Assembly (NCBI RefSeq): GCF_006345805.1
Contig: NC_042999.1
Span: 107,508,001-107,572,000, forward strand
Source of the DNA: Octopus sinensis
Taxonomy: Eukaryota
Direction of reading: 5' to 3'
DNA length: 64,000 nt
The position numbers and the translations under genes are program-made. Within the stretch, counting starts at the first letter, position 1. The number at the start of each line of letters is the position of its first letter. A model generated the notes under the pieces. That model saw nothing but the letters and a program-made list of their open reading frames with translations. It searched no databases and had not been told where the DNA came from. Below are positions 40,309-52,002 of the stretch, piece after piece.

Positions 40309-42767
40309 TGCTACTACTACTATAGCTAGAACAACAACTACTACTTCAGCTTTAGCAACAACATCAACTAAATAGCATTGAAGAAAATTGGAAATTCTAT
40401 GAAAATGCAGTTTCATTTCAGGCAAGTTAGCTTTTATCTGATATATGCCTCATGCCACAAGTAAGATCTTGCAGTTGGTTGGAATTTTTATTTCCTTGTT
40501 TTTTGGTTTTGATGTTTTGTTTTTTTTTGTTTTTTTCCAGGAACAGAATAGAGAAGAATATTTTCATGTTATATATTTTTTCTAAGGGCAAAGATTAACA
40601 AAGTAAAAGTGCATTTATCATATTACTAGATTAGGATCAGTTAGTTTTAGATTTTCAAGTGTGAAAGTATTTTAAGATCTAAGATCTCCTTGCACTATGG
40701 TTACCTCAAGATTCTCGCAGGTAAATTTCAAGGCGAAATTTAATTTGATATTTAACAATAAAAACAAAATATAAAATGTGAAGTCTTATTGGACTTCGGC
40801 ACCATCAGCCCTACCTCCACCACCAATACCGTCATCATCATCATTGCCATCATTATCAACATTATCATTGTTGTTGCTATCATCATCATCAGCAGCAGTG
40901 CCATCCATTTTATTTATTATCTAGTTCACTATTTCTATAATTGTCATGTCATGTCATCGTGACCACTACCTCTACCATAACCATTGCAGTTGCCATTGTT
41001 GTCACTATCACAAACCAACAAAGCCAGCCTCTATGTAGTTGTTCAACCTACAAGAAACAACAGCCAAATTTCTCTTTAATTCATAAAAATAAATGATGAT
41101 AATGAAGAAGAAGAAGAAGAAGAAGAAGAAGAAGAAGAAGAAGAAGAAGAAGAAGAAGAAGAAGAAGAAGAAGAAGAAGAAGAAGAAGAAGAAGAAGAAG
41201 GAAAGGAAAGGAAAATTGAGTATTGTGGTCTTGGTTATGCCTAAAATGACGGGATAGCTATATATGGAATGCTTTCCACCATACAGCTGTTCAATCAGAG
41301 TCAACTTGGAGCCAAACAACAGTGACATCATCATATCATCATCACACCACCACCACCACCACCGCTAATTCCCTAATTTTCCCCCTTTTCCCATGTTCTA
41401 CTTGGTTGAATGGATTTGAAAAACAAATTGCCAGCACCGTTTTTAGTTAATTGTAAATGAAAAACTACCAAGCCAAGCAGAGTGAAATTCATATCCAAGC
41501 TTTTATAACTCCTCAAGCTTCTAACGTAATTATGTTTGGACTAGACACAAAAGACTTATATTCTATGAAAGAGTACCTGCAAGTTATAATGTTCCAACCT
41601 TATCTCCAAAACAATAAGGGCTAAGTTAATTCAACTTGGTTTCCACTATAATTGAAGAAATTAAGTAGCAGACATTATTCTGCCTGGCTTAATCATCTCA
41701 ATGATAAAATTACAATTCAAGATATCAGAGCACATATCATTATCCTTGTCGTCGCCATTGCTTTTATATCAGCCTTTCTCATACTGGCATAGGTTGCACG
41801 AGTGTTATTGAGGTTGGATACACCTGTCACCAACATCTATTTGTTATTTTAAGTAAGTTATTTCTGTTCCACTGGTCTTTGCACACAATGAAACCATTGA
41901 GCAATGAGGCATATTATGTACAAAAGTCAGGAACACTGTCATAGCTTCCACACAGTGACAATGAAAAGAAGTGAAAATGCTCACAAATGTACACACAAAC
42001 ACATACTCAGTGACTCCAACATATACAAAAACACAGATACGTACATACATACACACACACAGACACACACATACATTATATATATATATATACATAGCGT
42101 TCAAAATAATTTTTCAATCATCTTGGCTTAACAACCCTCATCGTTTGTTTTTACTGTTATATTCTCTTTGTTCAGTCTTTTACTGTTTTTACTTTTATTG
42201 GTTTTACTGTCTTGTTTTGTTTTTACTGTCCTGTTCTCATTACCACTTTTACCCCTCCGCAAAAAATCCCAAATTTTATTTAAATTTGCTTTGCGAGAAG
42301 GACTGTTTCAATGAAGTTGCATCTTGTCCTTACCTTCGAAATGTGGAGTAGATGAAACAGTGACAACTGAAGAAGGGGAATATTCCTTGTGTTGTATGTC
42401 TTGTACTCTGTTTGTTCGATGTTTGAAAAAAAGTTTGTTTCCATGTTTTTGTTTTTATGTTTTCGTTTCTCATTGTGTTCAATGTTTTTTTGATATCCTG
42501 TACCCATATATGCATGTATATATACATATAGATGTAGGTATGTACATATATGTATGTATATATGCATATATTTATATATTATTTATATTTTATATATATA
42601 TGTGTGTGTGTGTGTATGTATGTATGATGGGCATCCATACAGTTTCCATCAGCTTACTGATCATCCTAAGGTTATAATAGAAAACTTACCAAGTTGCAAA
42701 GCTTAAGGTTAAGGAAGGAAATTAAAGCCATGTGGATGAAAAAGATTTTTCACTAAATGCTACACAC

Positions 42768-42807
<40 letters not shown>

Positions 42808-42833
42808 AAGTAATAAAGTTAATATCTTGTCAT

Positions 42834-42895
42834 AGAGTGACCAATGGTTTCACATCGATGAAGGCTAAAGCCTCGCAGACATCTCATCAGACTCT
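42834..42895 (-). ncRNA. Type I hammerhead, intact core, GUC site
   Basis: AGAGT-CTGATGA-G-ATGTC...AGGC(TTTA)GCCT...GATGT-GAA-ACCA(T)TGGT-C-ACTCT. Confidence 0.8.
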
Positions 42896-42914
42896 AGTCT
42901 GAAGTGTTCAGACT

Positions 42915-42979
42915 AGAGTCTGATGAGATGTCTGCAAGGCTATAGCCTTTTGTGGATGAAAAAAACCATTGGTCACTCT
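42915..42979 (+). ncRNA. Second, more decayed hammerhead copy
   Basis: AGAGT-CTGATGA-GATGTCTGC-AAGGC(TATA)GCCTT...GAAAAAA-ACCATTGGT-C-ACTCT. Confidence 0.65.
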
Positions 42980-43066
42980 GTGACCAGACATTAACTTAGT
43001 GCTTTAATATTTTACTGCTCTATACTTCAGAGTGTACTTCTTGTGCGGATATATGATACATTGACG

Positions 43067-43100
<34 letters not shown>

Positions 43101-43308
43101 GGAATAATGAATGAGCACACTAAACATGTGGTATCACTTTAGAGCATAGGATTTATAATTTAAATATAATTGTAGAATTGTTACAATGGAATTACTGGAA
43201 TATATGGTTTCATATTAATAATGGAGTCATTTAGTTTAAAAATTCTCTTAGACTAGGAAACGTTTAATAAAAAGAATTCTAAACTAAATGGATCCAATTG
43301 CAACTGAT

Positions 43309-43497
43309 AAATGTCTACTACAAGCCAACTACAGAAAATATAACATCATTTATAAATGTACATTCCTAAATAGACAGCAAAGTAGTATCAAGGTTTACAT
43401 TGGAGCAACTGTTAATTTTAAGCAATAATACTCAACACATTTGAGCTCTTTTAAATGTGGAAAATACAGTGAATCTACTTCAGTAGCTGACTACAGT
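43309..43497 (+). pseudogene. GIY-YIG endonuclease remnant (same type as the 49232 ORF)
   Basis: NIIYKCTF...KVYIGATVNFKQ*YSTHLSSFK...ESTSVADY; the catalytic-R position is a stop. Confidence 0.65.
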
Positions 43498-44619
43498 AAC
43501 TTGGTCTCATCATTGACTCTTCCTTGGCTTCTCCATAACAGAGCGAAATGATGATCATGATGATGATGACGATGACGACGACAATGGCGATGACGACGAC
43601 AATGGTGATGACAACGATGACGATGTTAACAACAACGACACAATGTTGATGACGACAATGGTGACAACAACAATGACGACAGTGATGATGATGATGATGA
43701 TGATGATGACGACGACGATGATGGTGGTGGCAGCAATGACGACAGCATTGGTTATGATGATAACAAAGATGACAATGATGACAATAATGATATTGATGAT
43801 AATTAAGCGTTCCAAATAACAACTATTTTAAATACAGCTTTTGCTCACCAAACATTAATCTGTAAATATTATGGAAAATAGGAAATAGTTACTCCCTGAC
43901 TTTTTGATTTGCTTGAAATGCTGCAAAATCTACTTCAAAATAAACACTGCCATCCTCAAAATAGGAATTGCTTCTTGGTTTCTTCACAATGGTAAATGAA
44001 TGTTTGATTTACTAGAGCATAAGAGCTGCAACTTTCTCATACTTCATTCCACCATTGTAGACAATGAAAAATATGAAAACAAGCATTCAAAATAAAATCT
44101 ACCTGTACTAAACACACCTTTGGCACATCAAATGTTATTCTTCTTAGAAAATAAGTTTCCAGTTTTCCTCAGAAGATCTAAACATCGTCATTTCTTGGCA
44201 CTAACACAAGAACAACAAACAAAAGCATATTTGCATATTTGTCAACTTACAGAACAACCCATTTGGACTAATTTTAGGGAGAGATCAAATCCGGTTTTAC
44301 AGAATCATAATCATGCTATGATTTAGATCTGAACTGAAAGAGTAACAAGTGGAGAACGATCAATGACAACATTCTTAAAATATTTTAATTCAAATATGAC
44401 AGGAAAAAAATTGAAAGAATGACAAAAGGAAGGAATTGATGATAGAAAGTTGAAAAAGAATGTATGTTGTGTGTATCATTTGTATAACAGCATAATAATA
44501 TGACAATAAAGGATTCTGTAGAAACCAATGAGAGAGAGTCTTTCTGAAACCAAACCATGGAAGAAATATAATAACATGCTTTATAAACTCTATGTATATT
44601 TTATATATAACTGCTTTTA

Positions 44620-44825
44620 ATTTAGGCACAAGGCCAACCGTTTTGAGGGCCAGAGTCTAGTTGATGCCATTATTCCCAGTGCTTAACTTGTACTGTATTT
44701 TATTAAAATTAATTTGTGGGGATGAAAGGCAGAGTTAACCCCACTTCAGGATTTGAATTCAGAGTGTAGAGAGTTGGAACAAATTACAAAGCATTTTTTC
44801 AAAAACTAACAATTCTACCAGCTTG
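44620..44825 (-). mobile_element. SINE B
   Basis: ggcacaaggccaacc...gatgaaaggcagagttaacc...atttgaattcagagtgt. Confidence 0.6.
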
Positions 44826-45073
44826 AATTTTTATAGTTTATATATAAAAGTATAATGCTACTGAAAGCATATCTACATCTATATCTGTCCACATATATTT
44901 TTTTTTTCCTTTACAGTATCATAGATCTGTTTCAGCTTATCTTGCCAATCAGTTTCACACACACATTAGATAATTAGGTGATAACCTGATTCTGTGCTCA
45001 TAAAAGAGGCCGATATGGAAAGATTTATGCATCCATCCTATTGACAAATATGAGTGTCTGATGTATATATGTA

Positions 45074-45104
<31 letters not shown>

Positions 45105-45150
45105 ATGTATGTATGTATGTATGTATGTAGTATGTATGTATGTATGTATG

Positions 45151-45199
<49 letters not shown>

Positions 45200-45593
45200 C
45201 TATATATATACCTGTAAATATAATATGTGACAATTATTGAGTAGCCATGATAAAACTCTGAGTTTTGGATGTTGGGGCAGAAACCCACACTGCCATCTCT
45301 TCAGTTATCTGGCCATCATCACATATTATATTTACAGATAAATTCCTCTATTCACATAATATCGAGGTCTCTTTCATTCTTTTGTTGTCTTACCATTTCT
45401 ATCAATATATATATATATATATATATATATCTACTGAATGATACAGTTATGAAGACTCACATACAGGATTTCAAGTTTCTGTATCAATAATACAATGATT
45501 GCTTTGCAGCTTTAGCTGTCATAAGTCTAGTGCCTGTAGCACCATCAATTACAAACATGGGGGGAAAAAACCTACCTTCCTACATACATACAC

Positions 45594-45652
<59 letters not shown>

Positions 45653-45657
<5 letters not shown>

Positions 45658-45945
45658 TGCCAACAAAGTCTTTAGACAATTTCAAAAAGTCATTTTAGAA
45701 AACTTAGAATAGGTGGCAACTAAATTTTTGTTGCATATTAATATGTTATCATTAAAGTTTGTTTTTAATGACATTAATAGCTTTATTAATGTTATGTTTT
45801 TATGCTTCAGACATCAATTAATGTTGTTTTTATGTTTCAGACAACAGCTACTCCACATGAAATGTACAATGTGCCTTGGTTTATCGAAACAAAGCCGGAT
45901 GTTCAAACACAAAGAAATTATACCATGTCATTTCAACTTGCCCCA
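45653..45945 (+). mobile_element. 5' end of a Tc1/mariner-superfamily element with DUF4817-like HTH start
   Basis: TATPHEMYNVPWFIETKPDVQTQRNY resembles the DUF4817 transposase N-terminus; TIR-like cacggtgccaacaaagtc after (CA)n. Confidence 0.55.
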
Positions 45946-45989
45946 ACTAAGTCTATCTGTACTACTTCCACTCAAGTGCAACTACTAAC

Positions 45990-48205
45990 ATCAAAAATTC
46001 ATAAAGTGTTCCTTTTTAAAAAGCTGAGGCTTTATGCAAATAAAATTCAGAAGGCACTTAAAAACTTATCCTCCTTTCTTCAAATACATGGAAAGAGCCT
46101 CTCTAAAAATGAAATCGACTATTTATCCAATTTTAAATACAGACCTAGTCTTTTCTATGGATTATCTAAAATACACAAAAATCTACATATTTGTAAAGCT
46201 TGCAAAGTTTCTCCGAGCCTATGCATTAATATTCCTTCCCTTACTGACCTTAAACTGAGACCCATCATTGCTGGCCCTGCTTGTGAAACCCACCATTTGA
46301 GCAACTTCCTCAACATCTTACTCAAATCATTTCTAAAATATGTGAAAAGCTTCATCAGGGATGACTTAGACATGCTTAACTACCTCCTGATGACAATTAA
46401 TGAAAGAACTGTTAGTATCATTCGATGTGGTGAATTTGTACACCAATATCCCACACAATTATAGTATAGAACCTTCTGGCTAGAAAAATACCCAGAAGAG
46501 ATCCCAGGACGCATCAACCACAGATTCATAATTGCAGCGCTCAAATTCATCCTACTAAACAACTATTTCACGTACGATACAGTTTACTATTGACAAAAAT
46601 GTGGAATTGCAATGGGAACCCGAGCTGCTCCAGTGATTGCGAACCTTGGAATGGGTTACCTAGGACTTAAAATATACCAATCATCACTACAAAAATATGG
46701 CACATCATTTCATTGCTATTTAAAGTAGAACTGGAAGATGTATTTGGACGATTGCTTTATACGTTGGAAAGACAGCATGGACAAACTCCTCGATTTCAAA
46801 ATAATGCTTAACAATATTGATAGCAACGTATAATTCACCATGGAGCACAGCATGGATAGCAACGTATAATTCACCATGGAGCACAACGTATAATTCACCA
46901 TGGAACACAGACATTCTAATTAAAATAGTCAATAACCACATCTAAACAGACATCTTCTATAAACCCACAGATTCTAAACAATACCTATTATTCAACTCAT
47001 GCCACCCCAAACACATAAAAATTTATATACCTTATAATCTAGCAAAAAGAATCTGTACCATAGTTTTGGCCACCTATACTCATGAACAAAGACTCCTCAA
47101 AGTCAGATCAATACTAATCAAAAGACATTACCCAATATCATTAATAAGTGATGGCATTAAATGAGCTAAGAAAATAGATATACGAAAATTAACAGATGTC
47201 AACCAAAATACTACACCAGACTTAAAAATACTTCCATACATCTCCGCACATAACCCTAGAAACAATGATGCCTTCAACATTATCCTCCAAAATCTACCCA
47301 TCCTCACAGGAGATAAAACAATGAACAACATTTTAGTCTCACACAAAATTATCAAAAGCAAAATGCAACCTAAATCATTGAAAAATTTATTAACCAGCAC
47401 AAGACTATATCTATTAACAATGGAACCAAAAGTGAAAAAATGTGGTCAACTTACTGTGGTACATGCCCTCACCTTTTGGAGGGTTCAGAATTCCACTTTA
47501 GACAAGGTGAAATATTTAAGATTAAATCAAATTTCACCTGTGCTTCGGAAAATCTAATCTATGCCATTACATGCCTAGGGTGTGGTAATCATTATATTGG
47601 CCAAAGAGAAACTTCACTCTGTCGAAGAACCACTCTCCACAAAGAACAAATCCGCCACCCACAAAACAGACAGATACAGGTCAGTGAACACATAGAAAGA
47701 TGCGCTAGGAACCTTAACCCTAATTTCCTAATTTTCCCCTTCTATCAGTCCTCACAGAACACCTCAGTACAACAAAGAATGAATAAAGAGGCAACTTTCA
47801 TCAATAAATATCTTCCGCAACTCAATATAAACACATAACTTAATACAGAAGACTACTAATCTTTCAATTAATACCACCCATACATCCCATACACCATTCA
47901 CAGTACAGATCTATATCTACTCTAATTGCACCAAATCCAGAACTACTTACCTCCCTTACACATAATCTTTTTACTCAGGGACTAGTAGACCTGACACCAT
48001 TCAATAATCAGTGAGCATTCAAAGCAGTGATCAGTAATTTTACGAAACCGGTATGCTTTTGAATTTCTTTAACAATTCACAATAATGACTTTTATTACTT
48101 TTATTCCTACCTCAGTTCATCTAATTGTATATATCTATCGTTACTTTTCATGAAAAGCCTTTACTGTTTTTGATTTCCAATGTGCATTTTCGCTTATTTT
48201 TCTTC
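45990..48205 (+). mobile_element. 5'-truncated Penelope-like retroelement (RT and C-terminal GIY-YIG, disrupted) with 3' HHR
   Basis: FYGLSKIHK...LRPIIAGPACETH, CGIAMGTRAAPVIANLGMGYL, WKMYLDDCF, then NLIYAITCLGCGNHYIGQ...RRTTLHKEQI...EHIERC...EATFINKYLPQLN; several stops and frameshifts. Confidence 0.92.
48021..48059 (+). ncRNA. Minimal hammerhead, G3-C8 swapped core
   Basis: AAAGCA-GTGATCA-GTA(ATTT)TAC-GAA-ACCGGT-A-TGCTTT, ~180 nt 3' of the endonuclease stop. Confidence 0.8.
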
Positions 48206-48351
48206 TTACTTTCCCCTTACATTTCCATGTGTAGTTTCTATTTCTTTTTGTAACACATTTCTATTATATATGTATATATATATATATACACACACACTCA
48301 CATAGATAGTTACAGATCCGGACAGACAGACAGACAGACAGATAGACAGAC

Positions 48352-48391
<40 letters not shown>

Positions 48392-48411
48392 GGATAGATA
48401 AATAGACAGAC

Positions 48412-48501
<90 letters not shown>

Positions 48502-49231
48502 AGAGAGCGAGAGAGAGATAGAGAGAGAGAGAGAGTGATTGAGAGATAGATACATCAGTACATCCAAAACTCAAAACATCTTGAGTCAATTTCTAAAATT
48601 GTTGTAAAATTTTACAAAGTCGAATTTTAATATATTCCAATAAAAATGTTGCTTTTATTGTTCAATTTGAACAACATTTTTGCTCGTAACCCACACCTCA
48701 TTCTTTGCAACTATCATTCATAGCGAATACCTCTCCTGCTTCCTGTCTCCATCTTTAAATTTAGATTCACCTCTTTATCACTTCCGTTTACCAGTCTGGC
48801 AATTAAGACTTTGAAGAAAGGAAGGAAATATTGTTCACGTAGAGTAAGAATAAATCAAAGTAATTTCATATGTCACTATTTTATAACTTTCACTTTTTCT
48901 TATAAATGCTTAAAACTTGTTAAAGTTATTTCACTATTTATTTATTTCAATATTTCTTATAAGTGATGGAAGGTAATTTCACTAATTTTTCAATTATCTT
49001 TCATATTTCATTTGTCTATAAGTGTTCATCTTTCTTTCAATGCAGAAGGAGACACTAGACTATATTGTCTTACGGGTGTGTATATATATATTTATTGAAA
49101 TGGATAAATGAATTATCTTGTTACGGATTATTCAAATTATAACCGATACCTGGGTAGCAAAAATCACAACAGAAAAATCACGGTTGAGGTTACGACCATG
49201 GGGTCTCAAAACTGTGCCTTAGTGCGGAAAT

Positions 49232-49834
49232 TTGAAGTTTTATATATTTAGTTTTAACAACAGTAGTATCACGGACATTAGCAATCACAGCGTTCTCAGT
49301 GGCAGGGAGTATACAGGTGATATTCCATTAAATAGTATTGATAATGGGGTGTACAATGTCGAAGACAGCCGTAGTTCTTACAATCATCATAGTAATAAGA
49401 ACGCCGTATTAATATCGGAAGCCAATCCCAATAGAATAAGGTTCTTATCTAGTAATTCCAAGATTAGAAACGCCATTTACCAATGCAGAGTTTATACTGA
49501 ATCAGATGTCTACTTGTATATCGGGGCTTCATCATCGAAATTGGCCGTCAGAATATCGAATCACTTCACAACGTTTCGCGATTTTGGAAAGCAACACACG
49601 ACCGGGCTAAGTAAATTAGTCTGGCGTTTGAAGAACGCGAATTCAACCTTTAGACTGGAATGGTCGATTTTATCGGTGTCTGAACCGTTTGATAGAGGCA
49701 AAAGAATCTGTAATCTTTGCAACTCGGAACTTTTTCACATTTTATTCGCCCGAGGGCAGCTTGTTAACTCGATTTTGCAAAATTCTTTTAGATGTCCGCA
49801 CTGGAGGCGGCACACATTTCTTGCATACCAATGA
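49232..49834 (+). CDS. Uninterrupted stand-alone GIY-YIG endonuclease ORF (PLE-type), no ATG and no adjacent RT
   Basis: AIYQC...YIG...RISNH...LSKLVWRLK...WSIL...CNLCNSE...LVN...CPH; the Y, YIG, R, E and N motif residues are present. Confidence 0.75.
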   Translation: MKFYIFSFNNSSITDISNHSVLSGREYTGDIPLNSIDNGVYNVEDSRSSYNHHSNKNAVLISEANPNRIRFLSSNSKIRNAIYQCRVYTESDVYLYIGASSSKLAVRISNHFTTFRDFGKQHTTGLSKLVWRLKNANSTFRLEWSILSVSEPFDRGKRICNLCNSELFHILFARGQLVNSILQNSFRCPHWRRHTFLAYQ

Positions 49835-50605
49835 AGTCTAAGATAATTAACCCCTTGATGTCCTAAGAAAAGAAAAAAAAATTTTGTAAAAAATTTTGAA
49901 TTAAATTTGTAAGGGGAAATTACTCCCCTTTTACCATATGAACTGCTACTTATTTAGAAATACTATCAGGGATGTATACTCCCATTGTTGACAAGCCATC
50001 TATCTATAAACTGGTCACAGACGAACACACAGACACAGGTTTTTCTTCAGTTGCTTGACCATTAATAGCTGCTATATATTTCTCCCTAGCAGCTTCCTAA
50101 ACATACTGCCACACATACATAGGCACACACACACATACATGTAGGCAATTTCTCACACCCAAACATGATAGCCCTCATTCTTAAAACAATTCGAATATTA
50201 ACACTAGTCATACAGAATATATTCACACTCTTTGGTTTTCTGTAATTCTTCCCCTCCCCTATGTTAACCGGATTTTGACCTTGAATTATCTCAACGGACT
50301 TTTTCGTTGGCTTTCACCCAGCCTGACGTCAACGCATTTTGAGAGACAGTTTTGTGCCATTCATACCATGGGCTCCTAGAGAGCATTTGTCGAAAAGCTT
50401 GCTGCGCATTTTGTTGGAGATTTAAGTTCCTGGATTTTCCTGAAAAGAAAGCTGCAAAATGGTCTCCTCATTCAATCCGAATTAGGGACTTTGCAGCCTT
50501 TGAAACATATATAGAAAATAATAAAAAGGAATTTTGTAAGATCTTCGTTCAGCTCCATTTCTTCCCTCACTAAATATATATATATATATATATATATATC
50601 ATCAT

Positions 50606-50648
<43 letters not shown>

Positions 50649-51384
50649 CTTTGAATCAACAGCACATGGAATTAATGTCTCCACACTATCCATCTGTAAT
50701 AAAATATGAACAACTATCGGACTTTACATACCATGGACGAGAAGCTTTCCTACCCATTCTACACAGCCCTTGGTTGATATTAGGAAGGGCTTCCCACTGT
50801 AGAAATCATGCCAAGGCTAACACCAATGTTCAGCACAACCTTGCAGATCGCAAGATTCTTTGAAAACTTCTAGTCCATACAGCTGGATATTAAATAAAAA
50901 TTATAATACAGATCCTTCACTTCTCCCCAAAACCGATATTTTCCATATTTAACTCATTCCCTATCTCCAATCATCTGTCATGCCATTATCGACTCAATGG
51001 CACTTAGCTAGCCATGCACCTATTGTGTTCCTTTATCCTAATCTGTAAAGAATACAGTAATATCCTCTACAGTAATACTCCTGTTTCAATCCTTCTATTA
51101 TACTTTAGCATCTCAACATTAATTACAAAGCCACCCCACTCAGTATTGCACCCCTATTCTGTCAAGAGAATTGCATTGTGAATTACTCATTGACCATATT
51201 AGTGCTGATGCAACAAGAAAAGCATCCAGTACACTCTATAAAGTAGTTGGTACAGGAAGAGAATTCAGTCTGAGAAACTATATCAAAGTGGAATTTGGAG
51301 TTCAACACAGTCTTCTGACTTGTCAACTTTTGTTGAACCATCCAGGCAATGGCCAATATATGTCTGTATAGAATACAGACATAT

Positions 51385-51460
<76 letters not shown>

Positions 51461-51491
51461 CATATGTGTATTATGTATGTATTTCATGTTT

Positions 51492-51579
51492 GGGCATATG
51501 GTTAAGAGTGCGGGCTACTAACCCCATGATATTGAGATCGATTCCAGGCAGTGACCTGAGTAATAATAAAATAATAATG

Positions 51580-51616
<37 letters not shown>

Positions 51617-51780
51617 CAACAACAAAATCAAAAAATACCTTAGGAATGAGAACCCAGGTGCAAAATTTCTCCCCCAAAACACCTGATGAAGGCTGGAGGT
51701 TATATCAGCCAAAACGTGTTAAGAACAAACAAGATGAGGACAAATATAAGTCAAATGTAAATAATGTAAATAATGTATAT
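51492..51780 (+). mobile_element. SINE-like chimera: tRNA-like head, (TAA)n, PLE-type tail with HHR motif (51678-51720)
   Basis: Head catatggttaagagtgcggg...gagatcgattcc; tail AACAC-CTGATGA-A-GGCTG(10 nt)CAGCC-AAAAC-GTGTT (G12A, stem III partly lost). Confidence 0.6.
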
Positions 51781-51838
51781 TTCATGTTGTTTACATTCTG
51801 TAATGTTCTGTGCCCATATAGGCATATGCATGTATATA

Positions 51839-51905
<67 letters not shown>

Positions 51906-51970
51906 GTATGTATGTATATTATTTATATTATTATATGACTGAACACCACACATCTATTTCCAAGTAAGTT

Positions 51971-52002
<32 letters not shown>

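Larger units (their letters stand above)
42805..43070. mobile_element. Head-to-head foldback (arms ~100 bp, 3 nt loop) with two HHR copies
   Basis: 42805-42903 is the imperfect reverse complement of 42907-43007; the right arm continues to a (TG)n tail. Confidence 0.85.

Noticed and set aside
42290-42400. CTGAAGA with GGAATATTCC palindrome in a PLE-like tail
   Set aside because: Could not assemble a consistent core, GAAA and stem I
44100-44230. Minus-strand exon candidate with a strong polypyrimidine tract
   Set aside because: Stops in all frames before a donor
49985-50020. ttgacaa...aaactggtcacag as an HHR for the GIY-YIG ORF
   Set aside because: Needs several substitutions and has no stem II
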